UHGV virus genome: UHGV-0384159
Source: a virus
DNA length: 34,967 bases
Direction: 5' to 3' (one strand)
The notes beneath the pieces are model-generated. The model ran no database searches. It was given only the letters and a program-made list of their open reading frames with translations, and was not told the DNA's origin. This document shows, piece after piece, positions 7,628-17,920 of the stretch. The stretch's first letter is position 1; every line of letters begins with the position of its first letter. The translations under genes and the position numbers were made by a program.

Positions 7628-8992
7628 AGGTTTAACGCCGTCAAAAATATCCTCAACGCCCCGAAGCTGGTAGCCCAACAGGAGACCAGAATCAAGGAGC
7701 TTGAAACGGACCTGGCCCGGCGAGCGTTGACGGAACAGAGCCGGAAGCCTAACCAGCCTCAATGGTACGAATATTGGGACCCGTTACAGGGCGCCGACCT
7801 GCAAACCCTGATTGACGCCCGGAACGAAGCGCGGCGTGGAGCCTTTGCCCGCCAAATGCTCATTTGGGACGAGGTCATCTACTCGGACGGCTTGATGGGC
7901 ATGCTCTATTCCCGGCTCATTGAAAGCGTCTCCATGCAGGGATGGAAGATTGACGCCGCGGACGACAGCCCGGAAGCCCAGCGTCAGCAGAACGCGCTGG
8001 AAGAATTCTATCACTCCGTCACCGGACTTCAACAGGCCTTTGGGCAGTTGGCCTCCGCTATGTTTTACGGGTACGCCCACCTCCAATACATCGAAGATTC
8101 CTGGGGCCGCCGCTTTGAATTCATCCCGCAGCGATACTGGGTGCGGCCCGGAGAGCTGAACGAATGGCAGTTTAATCCCCAGTGCTACATCGGGGTCGAC
8201 ACGGGCGAGAGCGTAGAGGAAGAAACGCTCGTGGTCATGGAGCACCGGAACCCCATTCTTTTTCCGGCAACCCGCGCCTCTTTTGAGCGGAATCACGCCA
8301 AAGTTACGTGGGACAACCATATGGACCGCTACGGGAGCGCCCCGGTCATCATCACGGCGCCCAAGGACGCGAGCGCCGCCGTCATGGACGCGCTGGAACG
8401 GGCCTGTGAGGAACTCAAATCGGGAGCCTCCATTGTGCTTCCTCCCGGCTGCACCGCCGAACCGTTGAAAGCCTCCAACATCAACGAAAACTATTTCCTA
8501 TCCCGAATCAACATGTCCGACAAGGACCAGGTGCGGTTTGTAATGGCCGGCACTCTGACCGTCCTGAATGAATCAGGATCCGGCACGCTGGCCGGGGGAG
8601 CGCACACGGACAGCTGGAATTCGGTCGTCTCCGCGGTCTGTTCCAAGGTCGCCGAAGCTTTTAACGCCGCCATCAGCCCGCTTGTCCTGGGAGACGGCGA
8701 ACCGCTGGCCCGCCTCCACATCACTTTTGACACCGTCCAGACCCCGCTGCAGAAAGCCGAGGAAATCGCCGCGCTTGCCGACGGAGGCGTCCGCCCCGAG
8801 AAGACCGAGATTGAAGAAAAGATCGGCATGTCGATCGAGGACACGCAGGACCCCGTTCCGGTGACGGCGGCGGCCAACAGGGAACCGGAAAAAGCACTCA
8901 TTCCGCCCGATGCTTATGAACAGCTTCAGCAAATGATTTACGCCGGACTCATGAAAGGATTTACCGATGATCAGCACGAAACAAATCAATGA
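7628..8992 (+). CDS. portal protein; proposed AGG start 17 nt after the tRNA
   Basis: Large ORF between terminase and protease. The track's GTG 7544 start would read through the tRNA gene. First in-frame AGG after the tRNA is at 7628; next canonical starts are TTG 7727 or ATG 7853. Confidence 0.5.
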   Translation, partial: RFNAVKNILNAPKLVAQQETRIKELETDLARRALTEQSRKPNQPQWYEYWDPLQGADLQTLIDARNEARRGAFARQMLIWDEVIYSDGLMGMLYSRLIESVSMQGWKIDAADDSPEAQRQQNALEEFYHSVTGLQQAFGQLASAMFYGYAHLQYIEDSWGRRFEFIPQRYWVRPGELNEWQFNPQCYIGVDTGESVEEETLVVMEHRNPILFPATRASFERNHAKVTWDNHMDRYGSAPVIITAPKDASAAVMDALERACEELKSGASIVLPPGCTAEPLKASNINENYFLSRINMSDKDQVRFVMAGTLTVLNESGSGTLAGGAHTDSWNSVVSAVCSKVAEAFNAAISPLVLGDGEPLARLHITFDTVQTPLQKAEEIAALADGGVRPEKTEIEEKIGMSIEDTQDPVPVTAAANREPEKALIPPDAYEQLQQMIYAGLMKGFTDDQHETNQ

Positions 8993-10079
8993 CCTGTCCC
9001 GACCCGCCAACGGCTGGTTCCACGTTGAGAAAAGCGGAGACCATGACGTTGACTACGGCGAGGGTCCCGCCGTGTTGCGCATCGACGAGCAGGCGATCCG
9101 GGACATGGTGGACGACTTCAACGCCCGCACCTTTGACGGCCCGGGCATGCTCATCGACGGCGACCACCTGAGCCACGACCTTTCCCGCGATACTCGGGCC
9201 CTCGGATGGCTCAAGAGGCTGGACACCTACCGCGACCCTTCCGGCACGCTGGAACTCTACGGGTTCATCGAATGGACGCCGCGCGGCCTGAAGATGCTGC
9301 AGGACAAGGAATACACGCAATCATCCACCGAATATGGCGAAGGCATGACTTTGACGGACGGCGTCTACCGCCCGTCGCGTCTGACCGGCTTCGCTCTGAC
9401 CAACCGGCCGCGCATCAAGGGAAAGCGGCCTCTGGTCAACCGACAGACTTCCCCCGCCTCCGACGAGGCCGGGGGCGACCCCAAAAGCCCCGAAGAGGGG
9501 GAAACAACCCAGAAAACCAATATGGAAAACGACGATAGAGAATATCCGTCCAAGGAGATGGACAAGGCCCAGCGGGCCCTGTTCGACTCCCTGCTTGACA
9601 AGCTGGATGTCGAATTTGACGGCACCGACGACATGAGCAGGGCGATCCTCGGACGCCTTGATGAACTGCTCTCGCTGGAAAAGCGTGAGAAAGACCACGT
9701 GAACGCCGAAGTGGACGACGCCGTCAGCACGTACGAAAACGCGCTGGACGAGGAAGAACGCGAGGAATTCACGGAAGAACGCCGGGAAGAGCTGAAAAAC
9801 TCTCTCCGGGAAAGCCCCGCCGCGCTGAACGCTTTTATCCGTGCGCTCAACCGCCAGACTCCGCCCAAAAAACCGGATCAGGAGGAAAAGAAGGAACTGC
9901 CGAAAAGGACGCCTCTGAACCGCCGCGCGACGCTGAATCCCCCTGACCCATTCCGCAAGAAGGAATCCATTGACGGATTCAACAACCGCGTCAACGAACT
10001 GATCAAGGACGGCATGAAGCGCTATGACGCCTACCAGAAAGCGACCGAAGAAGGCTTCATCGTCTCCGCCAACCGATAA
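8967..10079 (+). CDS. Mu I-like head maturation protease fused to an acidic scaffold-like C-terminal region
   Basis: ALGWLKRL…GTLELYGFIEWTPRG…GFALTNRPRI resembles Mu-like prophage protease I; the C-terminal half is D/E/K/R-rich and coiled-coil-like. Confidence 0.5.
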   Translation: MISTKQINDLSRPANGWFHVEKSGDHDVDYGEGPAVLRIDEQAIRDMVDDFNARTFDGPGMLIDGDHLSHDLSRDTRALGWLKRLDTYRDPSGTLELYGFIEWTPRGLKMLQDKEYTQSSTEYGEGMTLTDGVYRPSRLTGFALTNRPRIKGKRPLVNRQTSPASDEAGGDPKSPEEGETTQKTNMENDDREYPSKEMDKAQRALFDSLLDKLDVEFDGTDDMSRAILGRLDELLSLEKREKDHVNAEVDDAVSTYENALDEEEREEFTEERREELKNSLRESPAALNAFIRALNRQTPPKKPDQEEKKELPKRTPLNRRATLNPPDPFRKKESIDGFNNRVNELIKDGMKRYDAYQKATEEGFIVSANR

Positions 10080-10097
10080 CTTAACCCATATCAACCA

Positions 10098-10529
10098 ATG
10101 CCATCACTCAACGTAACCCAGAAAAACGCCATCGTCTATTTCAACGCCCCTGAAGGCGTTGACCTGTGCGGACAGGAAGGAACCGTCGTGGCGCTGACCG
10201 CCAATCCTGACATCCCCGAATTTGTCGGAACTCCGTTGTCCGCCATCCCCACGCAGACGCAGCTGCTCGGCGTCGTCCTGCAGGGACAGCCCAACAAGGG
10301 AACCTGCGTCGCCGCGCTCGTCGGAATGTATGCCGGCCTGATCAAGGCGGCTCTATCCGACACGCCCGGAACCATCAACGCCGGAACGCCCGTCACCATC
10401 ACGGCCAACGGGACATGGAAGGCCGCCGCCAGCGGCGACACCGTCTATGCCCGCGTTATTCATGCCCAGTGGGAACAGGGCCTTGTGGAAATCGGCTTCG
10501 TTCCGTCCTACCAGGTCGCCGCAGCCTAA
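10098..10529 (+). CDS. head decoration-like protein (DUF2190-like)
   Basis: 143-aa Gly/Ala/Val-rich ORF immediately upstream of the major capsid gene. Confidence 0.4.
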   Translation: MPSLNVTQKNAIVYFNAPEGVDLCGQEGTVVALTANPDIPEFVGTPLSAIPTQTQLLGVVLQGQPNKGTCVAALVGMYAGLIKAALSDTPGTINAGTPVTITANGTWKAAASGDTVYARVIHAQWEQGLVEIGFVPSYQVAAA

Positions 10530-10563
10530 CTATTAACCCCAACCAACAGAAAGACCAAGAACA

Positions 10564-11490
10564 AGGGCTACTCCATTTTGCTCCGCCGTTCAGTTCACCG
10601 ATGTCCTGACCTCCTATTCCGCGGGGTCCGGGAACACCGAAGAGAACTCCATCATCAGCCGCATCGCTCCGATCGTCCCGGTCTATGACCTGAATTTCCA
10701 GTACAAGGTCTGGGACACGGAATCGGCCTTCACCGTCCAGCCCATCCAGGTGGGACCGGGCGAACCTCCCCGCCAGACCGTCCTGCGCGGAAGAAACGAA
10801 ACCGACACCCTTCAGGGCTACGGCTTGACGCTGCCCATCCCTGACGCCTTGCTGGGCGTCAACCGGGAAAAGGCGCAGGCCATCACCCTGGCGGAATACA
10901 AACTCATCGAATCCCAGTTTGTGACGTCGTACGAATACGAACGCGCCAAGCTTCTGATGAGCCAGCTTCCGGCCGCTTCCGGGATGGGTGACTGGGCCAA
11001 CCAGCAGAAAAACCCGTTGGCGGATCTGGACCAGGCGATCCTGTCCATCAACGCCGCAACCGGACACATGCCGAACACGATTGTCTTCGGCATCAACGCA
11101 TGGCAGCTGCTTCGCTCCAACACGCTCGCGCGTCAGGTGGTTTCCTTCAACAGCGTCGGCCTGTTCAACGAAGACCTTCTTCGCATGGCTCTGATCCGGC
11201 CCATCCGGGATATTTACATCGCCTCCATGCCGTACCGCGACGCTTCCGGCGACGCGAAAACCATCATGGAAAACGAAGTCTATGTCCTGTACAAGGAAGA
11301 CTCCCCGACGCAGTTCGACGCCTCCGCCGTCAAGACCTTCGGTCTTTCCGGCAAGCTTCGCCGAGAAGTCATCACTGAATACAAGCCGACGCCGGCCTTG
11401 ACGCTCGTCACAAACCGCGTCTACTCGCTGACCAAGTTGACGAACCCCAGCGCCATCGTCCGCATCGACGCGACGGCCACCGGCGATTAA
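10564..11490 (+). CDS. major capsid protein (lambda gpE-like family); proposed AGG start
   Basis: TIVFGINAWQLLRSNTLARQVV resembles IIVFDPKGWALFRS of lambda E. Conserved N-terminal region (ISRIAPIVPVY…) lies upstream of the first canonical start (GTG 10750). Frame open from 10537; in-frame AGG 10564. Confidence 0.55.
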   Translation, partial: RATPFCSAVQFTDVLTSYSAGSGNTEENSIISRIAPIVPVYDLNFQYKVWDTESAFTVQPIQVGPGEPPRQTVLRGRNETDTLQGYGLTLPIPDALLGVNREKAQAITLAEYKLIESQFVTSYEYERAKLLMSQLPAASGMGDWANQQKNPLADLDQAILSINAATGHMPNTIVFGINAWQLLRSNTLARQVVSFNSVGLFNEDLLRMALIRPIRDIYIASMPYRDASGDAKTIMENEVYVLYKEDSPTQFDASAVKTFGLSGKLRREVITEYKPTPALTLVTNRVYSLTKLTNPSAIVRIDATATGD

Positions 11491-11509
11491 CCCCAACCCC
11501 GCCTCCATC

Positions 11510-11986
11510 ATGTCCGCCTTTCCTGCCTGGTCCACGATTTCCACCGACGAAGCCGATCGGCTGCTCGGTCTCAACACCGCCGAACGCGATGCCCTGGTAA
11601 CAGCCGGGGAACAGCGCAGCCTGGACTACCGGGATGTCATGATGGAGGCGGTCAACGATGTCTGCATGACCATCCGCGGGGCGCTGGCCAACAACCTCGC
11701 CCTGCGGCAATCGCTCCAGAACAGCGGCATGTACGACATTCCGCAAAGCATGCGGTCCCTGGCATGGCCGCTGATCATCCGGCAGCTCTACCTGCGCTAC
11801 CAGCTCAACCTGACCGAGACGCGCCAGAAGGCCGCCGAATCGGCGGACGCGATGCTGGCGCTCTACGCCAAAGGGGACATGCTGCCGGAAAGCGTGGACG
11901 GCTCCGCGCCCGCGGATCCCGCCTACATGATGCCGCGCTACACGCGCCGCCCCTGGTTCAACCCCATGCGAAGCACCTACCGATGA
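11510..11986 (+). CDS. hypothetical structural protein (head-tail connector region)
   Basis: ORF; stop overlaps the next ATG (ATGATGA). Confidence 0.4.
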   Translation: MSAFPAWSTISTDEADRLLGLNTAERDALVTAGEQRSLDYRDVMMEAVNDVCMTIRGALANNLALRQSLQNSGMYDIPQSMRSLAWPLIIRQLYLRYQLNLTETRQKAAESADAMLALYAKGDMLPESVDGSAPADPAYMMPRYTRRPWFNPMRSTYR

Positions 11987-13119
11987 TGACCGCCGCCCAG
12001 ATGGAGATGATCGCCAACGACTACGCCGAACGCGCCTTTTTCGTGTCCGGCGTGGAGCCCGGCGTTATCCTGTCCGACTTTGAGGAAAAGGCGGGGAAGG
12101 TCGCCTCCGGCGCCCTGAGCTATGAAGAGGCGCAGCAGTCCATCCGCGAAACCCTGCGCCAGCAGGGCTACCGACCGCCGGCAACGGGGCAGGGCGGCAT
12201 TCAGGATTTGTCATCCTGGCTCCGCATCCAGGTCGTCATGGAAACCAATGCGGCCATGGCGCACGGTTACCGGAACTGGTATAACTGGATGCAGGACGAA
12301 GACACGGCCGCCTTCAAATTTTACCGCTCCCAGGGGCGGGAAGACCCGCGCTATTGGGCCGAACGCTGGAACCGTGCCCGGGCCGGGCTGGAAGAAGAAG
12401 CCACGGAAGCGGTATCATCCGGCTTCATCCGCGGGGAAATCGTCGGCTATGCGCTGGCGGCCTCCGATATCTGGATCCGCCTTTCGCGCTTTGGCACGCC
12501 TTACCCGCCCTTTGACTACCTGTCCGGCATGAACATTGCCCCCGTGGGCGCCGAAGAAGCCCGCGCGGCCGGGCTGGCCGTGTCGCGCGTCCGTCCCGCT
12601 CCCCCCAGCTTCAACGCAACCTTGGAAAGCAACGCCAAAGGCGTGACGGAATCCAACAGGAACAAGATCCGCCGCATCCTGAAAGACGCCGTGCGCGTCA
12701 AGACCGGGAACGACGGCAATACCACCTTTGCCTACACGGACCCGAACGGCACGCGCCCTTACACGGACGCGGAACTGGCGGACGTCCTGTCCGGGGATTT
12801 CCCGGAAGAGATCCCCTTGCGCCAGGCCCAGGCCTTCAGCCTGGCGGCAGCCGGGGGAGCCGTGGCCGGAACGCTGGCGGCCCTCTACCTGGACCGTCTG
12901 CTGGACCGTCTGGCTTCCGAGCCGGAAGGTGATTGGTACGCCCGGCCCGCAGACGTGGCCGCCGCGTCCTCCCGCCAGTATATCCCCGTTTCCCCAAAGG
13001 AAGAGGGGGAATTCACCTATCCCATTACCTCCGGGCACGTCAGGAAAGTGGAAGACGTCGCCGGAGCCCTCAATGTGGAACTGTCAACCCCTTACGTTTT
13101 ACCCGTCAAATGGCTGTAA
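11983..13119 (+). CDS. hypothetical structural/morphogenesis protein
   Basis: ATG 11983 coupled to the upstream stop; 378 aa. Confidence 0.4.
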   Translation: MMTAAQMEMIANDYAERAFFVSGVEPGVILSDFEEKAGKVASGALSYEEAQQSIRETLRQQGYRPPATGQGGIQDLSSWLRIQVVMETNAAMAHGYRNWYNWMQDEDTAAFKFYRSQGREDPRYWAERWNRARAGLEEEATEAVSSGFIRGEIVGYALAASDIWIRLSRFGTPYPPFDYLSGMNIAPVGAEEARAAGLAVSRVRPAPPSFNATLESNAKGVTESNRNKIRRILKDAVRVKTGNDGNTTFAYTDPNGTRPYTDAELADVLSGDFPEEIPLRQAQAFSLAAAGGAVAGTLAALYLDRLLDRLASEPEGDWYARPADVAAASSRQYIPVSPKEEGEFTYPITSGHVRKVEDVAGALNVELSTPYVLPVKWL

Positions 13120-13775
13120 CCGTCCACATCGACCAATCCGCGATTAACCGCGCGTTTGCCGACATGGCGCCGTCCGCCGCCCTGCACAAGACCGCCATCC
13201 GCAAGGCGGGCGTTGCCCTCAGTCTGATGATTCAGCAAACCTTGCGCCAGCAGGGCAAGGACTACTACGACGCCGCGGCGGACGCCACCAGCATGGAAGA
13301 AACCGCCGAAGGCGTCAGCGTCTCCATTGCCTGGCGCGGCATCGGCCTGCACTGGATAGGCACGCAGGGCTACCTGGGCGGCCCGCTGCGGCCCACCGGA
13401 CGCACTTCGGAAGTCACCGGCAAGCCGATTCAGAACCTCGCCATCCCCACCATCAACGCGCCACGAGGGCATGGAGGGACCCGAAGCATTTACAGCGCAG
13501 GCTTCCGCAAAGAGGACTTGCAATTCATCCCCTCCAAAAATGGAGGACGGAATGGAAATGTAACCGGTGTCCTGATTCTCAAGACAGCCCAGTCCTCCAC
13601 CGGGAAGAAAGCGGCCCGCAAGCTTTTCAGCAAAGGAACGAAAACAGGAGACGTCCTCTATATCCTGTGCCGGGAAGTAACGATTGCTCCTACTCCTGGC
13701 ATCCTGCCGACGATGGACCAAATGGCGCAGCGCGCCGCGGAAACATACCTCACCCAAATCGGAAACGAATCATGA
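13110..13775 (+). CDS. hypothetical structural protein
   Basis: ATG 13110 overlapping the upstream gene. Confidence 0.4.
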   Translation: MAVTVHIDQSAINRAFADMAPSAALHKTAIRKAGVALSLMIQQTLRQQGKDYYDAAADATSMEETAEGVSVSIAWRGIGLHWIGTQGYLGGPLRPTGRTSEVTGKPIQNLAIPTINAPRGHGGTRSIYSAGFRKEDLQFIPSKNGGRNGNVTGVLILKTAQSSTGKKAARKLFSKGTKTGDVLYILCREVTIAPTPGILPTMDQMAQRAAETYLTQIGNES

Positions 13776-14302
13776 TCCCCTCCATTGACCAGACCATGAG
13801 CTGCCGCATCATTGAGCGGCTCAAAAGCAGCAAGGAATTGAGCTGCCACATCTTTGACGCGCCCTTTGATCCGGAGTATGCCGCCAATGACATCATCATG
13901 TCTGCAATGGGGAATAACGGCGTGGTGCTGGTGTGTCCCGGGGATGCGGATGAATACCAGGACGGACACGGGCAGACGGCGGAACCTACCATGTGGAGGC
14001 AGTATTTCATTATTGTAGCCATCTATCACAACGCTGCCCTGTTCCCGGAGGAATGCCTGACGCCGGCCTACTATTTGCGCGCCGTGGGCGACGTGATTGA
14101 GCATGCCCTGTGGAACTGGAATCCACTTCCGTTTCCCGCGCCCGCCATGATGAAGCCCAAGATCAAGGGGCGCTTTGCCTCTTCCGGGATTATCGACGGA
14201 GAGAAGAGGCAAATGAACGTCTTGACCGTGGACTACCGCGTCCCGATCAATATCAACATACGAACCAAAACGGAATTCCATGAGCAGAACGCCAAAAAAT
14301 AA
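13772..14302 (+). CDS. hypothetical neck/tail completion protein
   Basis: ATGA overlap with the upstream gene. Confidence 0.4.
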   Translation: MIPSIDQTMSCRIIERLKSSKELSCHIFDAPFDPEYAANDIIMSAMGNNGVVLVCPGDADEYQDGHGQTAEPTMWRQYFIIVAIYHNAALFPEECLTPAYYLRAVGDVIEHALWNWNPLPFPAPAMMKPKIKGRFASSGIIDGEKRQMNVLTVDYRVPININIRTKTEFHEQNAKK

Positions 14303-14477
14303 ACAGCAAAAAGACCAGGGGGATCACCAGGACAAGGTGACCGTCCGCGTCGTCAGCACGAAAACAGAACTGGATGGAGGGCTGGTCATCAGCCTCTTCA
14401 TGAAAACCGACACCCCGGAACTTCCCGCGACCATCGCGGAAGCTCTGGCAACCCTCAACCTTGTTGACATCAAATGA
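14280..14477 (+). CDS. small hypothetical protein
   Basis: ORF in the structural operon. Confidence 0.3.
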   Translation: MSRTPKNKQQKDQGDHQDKVTVRVVSTKTELDGGLVISLFMKTDTPELPATIAEALATLNLVDIK

Positions 14478-14671
14478 GCAAAGCAGCTGCAGCCAACACC
14501 GAACCGGAGAAGAAGACGGAGCAGGCCGCCGTCATCAACACGAACATCCTCATTCTGTCCAAAGAAGTGAGGATAGGGCGCTCAACGTTCTTGAAAGGAG
14601 CGCATATTCGTGTTACGAAAGAACTCGCCGATAAGCTGGAAGCCGACGGCAAGGCAACAATCATCTACTAA
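14474..14671 (+). CDS. small hypothetical protein
   Basis: ATGA overlap. Confidence 0.3.
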   Translation: MSKAAAANTEPEKKTEQAAVINTNILILSKEVRIGRSTFLKGAHIRVTKELADKLEADGKATIIY

Positions 14672-14685
14672 CCGTTTCAAGCACC

Positions 14686-15336
14686 AGGGCAACTACATAC
14701 GATCCCACATTCACGAACCGCAACGTCACGCCGCAGATTACCGGCGTTCTGGCTATTTTCCTCCCCGACGGCATCAAGGTGACCGAAGACGAGGGAGCTT
14801 CTTACGTCACCGGGCCGGACCAGTTTCCGACGCCTCCGACGTCTCCGCCAACGGATCCGACCGCCGGGCCTGAACAGCCCTGGGTGAGCTTCGGGCTGCT
14901 GGGAGCGTTCCAGTCCGTCGCCACCCAGGTCGAAGGGGAAGTGACGCGCTTTTACGGCGGTGCGCTGGGATATCGCCAGCAGCGCAAGAACACCACGACC
15001 GGCAAGCGGATGACCTTCACCACGCCGGACATGTCCCCCGAATGGTTCCAGCTTTCTTTCGCCTTGGGAGCGCCTCCCGCCAACGGCGAGGAATCGACCA
15101 CCGTCGGACATGGCGGCGACAATAAGATTGAGGGGTATCTTCACTTCTGGTATCAGAACGACGTGGGTACTATCTATCTGGTCGGAACGGCGCATGGCGC
15201 CTTGCGCCTCCTGCAGGATCCCGAACACACCACGGCGATTGCTTCACCCCAGTTCGAGTTCGAAATGGATTATCGCGGCAAGTACCAGTTCACGCCCTCC
15301 AATGTGCAGGACGTGACGCCGGCGCCGGGTTCCTGA
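14686..15336 (+). CDS. tail structural protein; proposed AGG start (MATTYDPTF…)
   Basis: Frame open upstream of GTG 14779 with protein-like sequence; in-frame AGG 14686; followed by a terminator. Confidence 0.4.
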   Translation, partial: RATTYDPTFTNRNVTPQITGVLAIFLPDGIKVTEDEGASYVTGPDQFPTPPTSPPTDPTAGPEQPWVSFGLLGAFQSVATQVEGEVTRFYGGALGYRQQRKNTTTGKRMTFTTPDMSPEWFQLSFALGAPPANGEESTTVGHGGDNKIEGYLHFWYQNDVGTIYLVGTAHGALRLLQDPEHTTAIASPQFEFEMDYRGKYQFTPSNVQDVTPAPGS

Positions 15337-15348
15337 CGCGTTTCACCA

Positions 15349-15381
15349 GGGGGCGCGCTGCGCCCCCGCATCCTCTTTTTT
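15349..15381 (+). terminator. intrinsic terminator GGGGGCG-CGCTG-CGCCCCC … TTTTTT
   Basis: 7-bp G/C stem with 5-nt loop and a T6 run 8 nt downstream, right after the 15336 stop. Confidence 0.5.
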
Positions 15382-15384
15382 CCC

Positions 15385-17505
15385 AGGCAGCAGGCAGGCA
15401 AATACGATATCCGGACCGTCACGGGGCTGAACCAGTCGCTGGTCGTCCGTGTGGTAGATTTTCAGGGGGATCCCGTCGACATGAGCGGCGTCACCCTCCG
15501 CGGCGCTGTCCGTCTCAAGACAGGCGTCGCCGAGTTCGGCTTTTCCCGCGACGATGAGGGTAACGGCGTGCTTTCCTGGGCTTCGGTGCCTGCGGGCAGG
15601 TGGTCCTACGACGTCTTCATGGACGACGGAAACGAGGAAAGACCGCTGCTCTACGGATGCTTTGTTTCTGCGGGCCGTGTAACGCCTGACTTGCCGGACG
15701 AACAGCAGGCCGTGGCGGGCGCGGTCGTCGTGCAGCTGCCGGAAGGAAGCGGATGCGTGCAGGTGGTGCTTGATAATGCGTCAAGCGCCGCCTGGTACGC
15801 GGAGCAGGCCAAGAAGTACGCCGAGAATTTCAATCTTTCGGTGGACCGGGTCACTACCGGCGAGCCTGGCACTCCTGCCGCAGCGGAAGCCGTGAAAGGC
15901 TCGGAAGCGGGCTCTTATCTGTTGTCGTTTACCATCCCCAAAGGAGACGCCGGTCCCGAAGGCCCACCAGGCCCGCAGGGGGAACCGGGCGAAACCGGCC
16001 CCGAAGGCCCTCAGGGTCCCAGGGGCGACGCAGGACCTCAAGGTCCTCAGGGAGCGACCGGAGAACAGGGACCAAGAGGCGACATTGGAGAAACCGGACC
16101 GCAGGGTCCTGCCGGCCCGCAAGGCCCCGAGGGGCCGGAGGGTCCCCAAGGACCCCGTGGCGAGAAAGGAGATACCGGGGATGTTAATCCGGACGGGTCT
16201 TATAACTGGACGCAGCCGCAGACCTACGACGCCACGATCACCGCAATCGAAGGAGTCCGTGTGCCGCTGCCCGCCACAGGGCAGAATGCCATTTCCTATG
16301 AGGGAATGATAACCATGACGGCTGCCGGCCAATGGAGCCGCACCAACTATTTTCTGGAATCCGTCATTCCGTCATGGGTGACCGCCTTGGTGGAAGCCCA
16401 GTCGTTGAACACAAGCTACGCAATTGCTACCGCTAACGCCTCCCTGAAGAAGGGAGTATTTAATAACGACTTGTGCGATATGGTATTAACCATGACGGCG
16501 GCCGGGGGTGTTTCTGTTATCGGCAAATCCACGGGATCATGGAAATTTGCCAATTACATGGGCAACAATAGAAATAACGAATATGCTGCCGCTTGCGCCT
16601 GGCGGATACTTGGCTCCGACAAGGTGTCGGTTCTCTTGGGCAGCACTGCCCAGGGGTACGCTACGACTGTCGATCCGCTGGCGTCCTGCTATTCACATCC
16701 TGTGCACTGGGTGGATTATGCCTGGGATAATGCAAATTACAGGTATCCGCAAAACAATACAGTCAATGGAGCGAGAGGGGGCGACAATGTGCCGGCGTAT
16801 CAGATCACTACCTACCCTATGGGGTATCTGGGGAGCAATAAGTCGGCCTTGATAAGGGGGACGTTTTACGGACCCCTCAAGGTAGATTCCCATTATGTTT
16901 GGGCATTGGCTCCGGCTTTTACCTACGTCTCCGCGGCCATGACGCCACCCAACCCCGATGACCAGGAGATTTACAATCGCTGGGCTTTGTTTGTGGACAA
17001 GCAATATGTAATGGATATGGCTTCCTCCTTTTGGGGCGCCGGCAACACAGCATGCCTTACAACCAAATTCAAGGCGCACGAAGTCAGCGGGACTTATCAG
17101 GCGGGCCTCCGGATGGGAGGAATGAGGATAGACAATGCACCCTCACTGGGCATAACCAACTCCTGGGTCCTCATGAAGGACACGGTAATGGAGGGCGTGA
17201 CACCTAAACCAGTTCCAGAAGTAACGGCTTCTGCTCAGGAAGTTCCGGCCTCTGGCGGCGAGGTGACATTGACGGCGTCTTCCACCCTCTCCGAGGCTAT
17301 CTATGTGCTGAACGATACCATGTGCGGACATGACCCCGCCGCTGTGTGGTGCACGCAATCCTCTGAAGAAATAGGGTCCGGCGGCGGCCAGGTTGTCCTG
17401 ACGCTGGCGGCAAACACGACTGGACAACCGCGGCAGGTGTGGGCGTTTGTCGGCCACCATTACGCCGAGGCCGCCGTTGTAGAAATCAACCAATTAGCGC
17501 AATAA
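15385..17505 (+). CDS. collagen-like (Gly-X-Y repeat) tail fibre protein; proposed AGG start
   Basis: About 77 uninterrupted GXY triplets ([34 protein letters not shown]…) followed by a roughly 430-aa C-terminal globular domain. Frame open from 15337; in-frame AGG 15385; GTG 15451 and ATG 15481 are alternatives. Confidence 0.6.
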   Translation, partial: RQQAGKYDIRTVTGLNQSLVVRVVDFQGDPVDMSGVTLRGAVRLKTGVAEFGFSRDDEGNGVLSWASVPAGRWSYDVFMDDGNEERPLLYGCFVSAGRVTPDLPDEQQAVAGAVVVQLPEGSGCVQVVLDNASSAAWYAEQAKKYAENFNLSVDRVTTGEPGTPAAAEAVKGSEAGSYLLSFTIPKGDAGPEGPPGPQGEPGETGPEGPQGPRGDAGPQGPQGATGEQGPRGDIGETGPQGPAGPQGPEGPEGPQGPRGEKGDTGDVNPDGSYNWTQPQTYDATITAIEGVRVPLPATGQNAISYEGMITMTAAGQWSRTNYFLESVIPSWVTALVEAQSLNTSYAIATANASLKKGVFNNDLCDMVLTMTAAGGVSVIGKSTGSWKFANYMGNNRNNEYAAACAWRILGSDKVSVLLGSTAQGYATTVDPLASCYSHPVHWVDYAWDNANYRYPQNNTVNGARGGDNVPAYQITTYPMGYLGSNKSALIRGTFYGPLKVDSHYVWALAPAFTYVSAAMTPPNPDDQEIYNRWALFVDKQYVMDMASSFWGAGNTACLTTKFKAHEVSGTYQAGLRMGGMRIDNAPSLGITNSWVLMKDTVMEGVTPKPVPEVTASAQEVPASGGEVTLTASSTLSEAIYVLNDTMCGHDPAAVWCTQSSEEIGSGGGQVVLTLAANTTGQPRQVWAFVGHHYAEAAVVEINQLAQ

Positions 17506-17509
17506 CACC

Positions 17510-17920
17510 ATGCAAGAGATACATTTACAGTTCCCTAAGCCCGGACAGTGGAACGAATTTGTTATGACCGCCAGATTTCCAGACAATAACGGCTTTGTAC
17601 TCTCCCTCTGCTATACACAAGCGGATATACCCGCCGACCAAGCCCCGGCCTTGAAAGCAGCGGTGGCCGCGATCGCCGGCATGGACGAGGACTGGCAAGC
17701 GGTGCAGGTTTGGGTGCGGTGCAACTGGGTATTCCAGGCGCCGACTGGAGATGCAGACAATTACCAGTCCACAGAGGCGGTGATCCTTACGGTTGAGGCC
17801 GTCAATGCGGATGGTGGGCGCCGGACATTCACGTCTGCGGACTACCCGGAATTCATCATCACGGACCCCGCCGCCGTGGCATTTTTCAAATACTTCACCA
17901 ATAACAACATAATCATATGA
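17510..17920 (+). CDS. hypothetical protein (possible fibre assembly/accessory)
   Basis: ORF directly after the fibre gene. Confidence 0.35.
   Translation: MQEIHLQFPKPGQWNEFVMTARFPDNNGFVLSLCYTQADIPADQAPALKAAVAAIAGMDEDWQAVQVWVRCNWVFQAPTGDADNYQSTEAVILTVEAVNADGGRRTFTSADYPEFIITDPAAVAFFKYFTNNNIII

Noticed and set aside
10456-11577. Long antisense ORFs (for example 10456..11577 minus, 19680..20915 minus, 6681..7403 minus, 9321..10094 minus, 12415..13038 minus, 13658..14281 minus, 13092..13757 minus)
   Set aside because: Each lies entirely opposite a well-supported sense-strand gene in GC-rich DNA, where long spurious ORFs are expected, and none has recognisable motifs.
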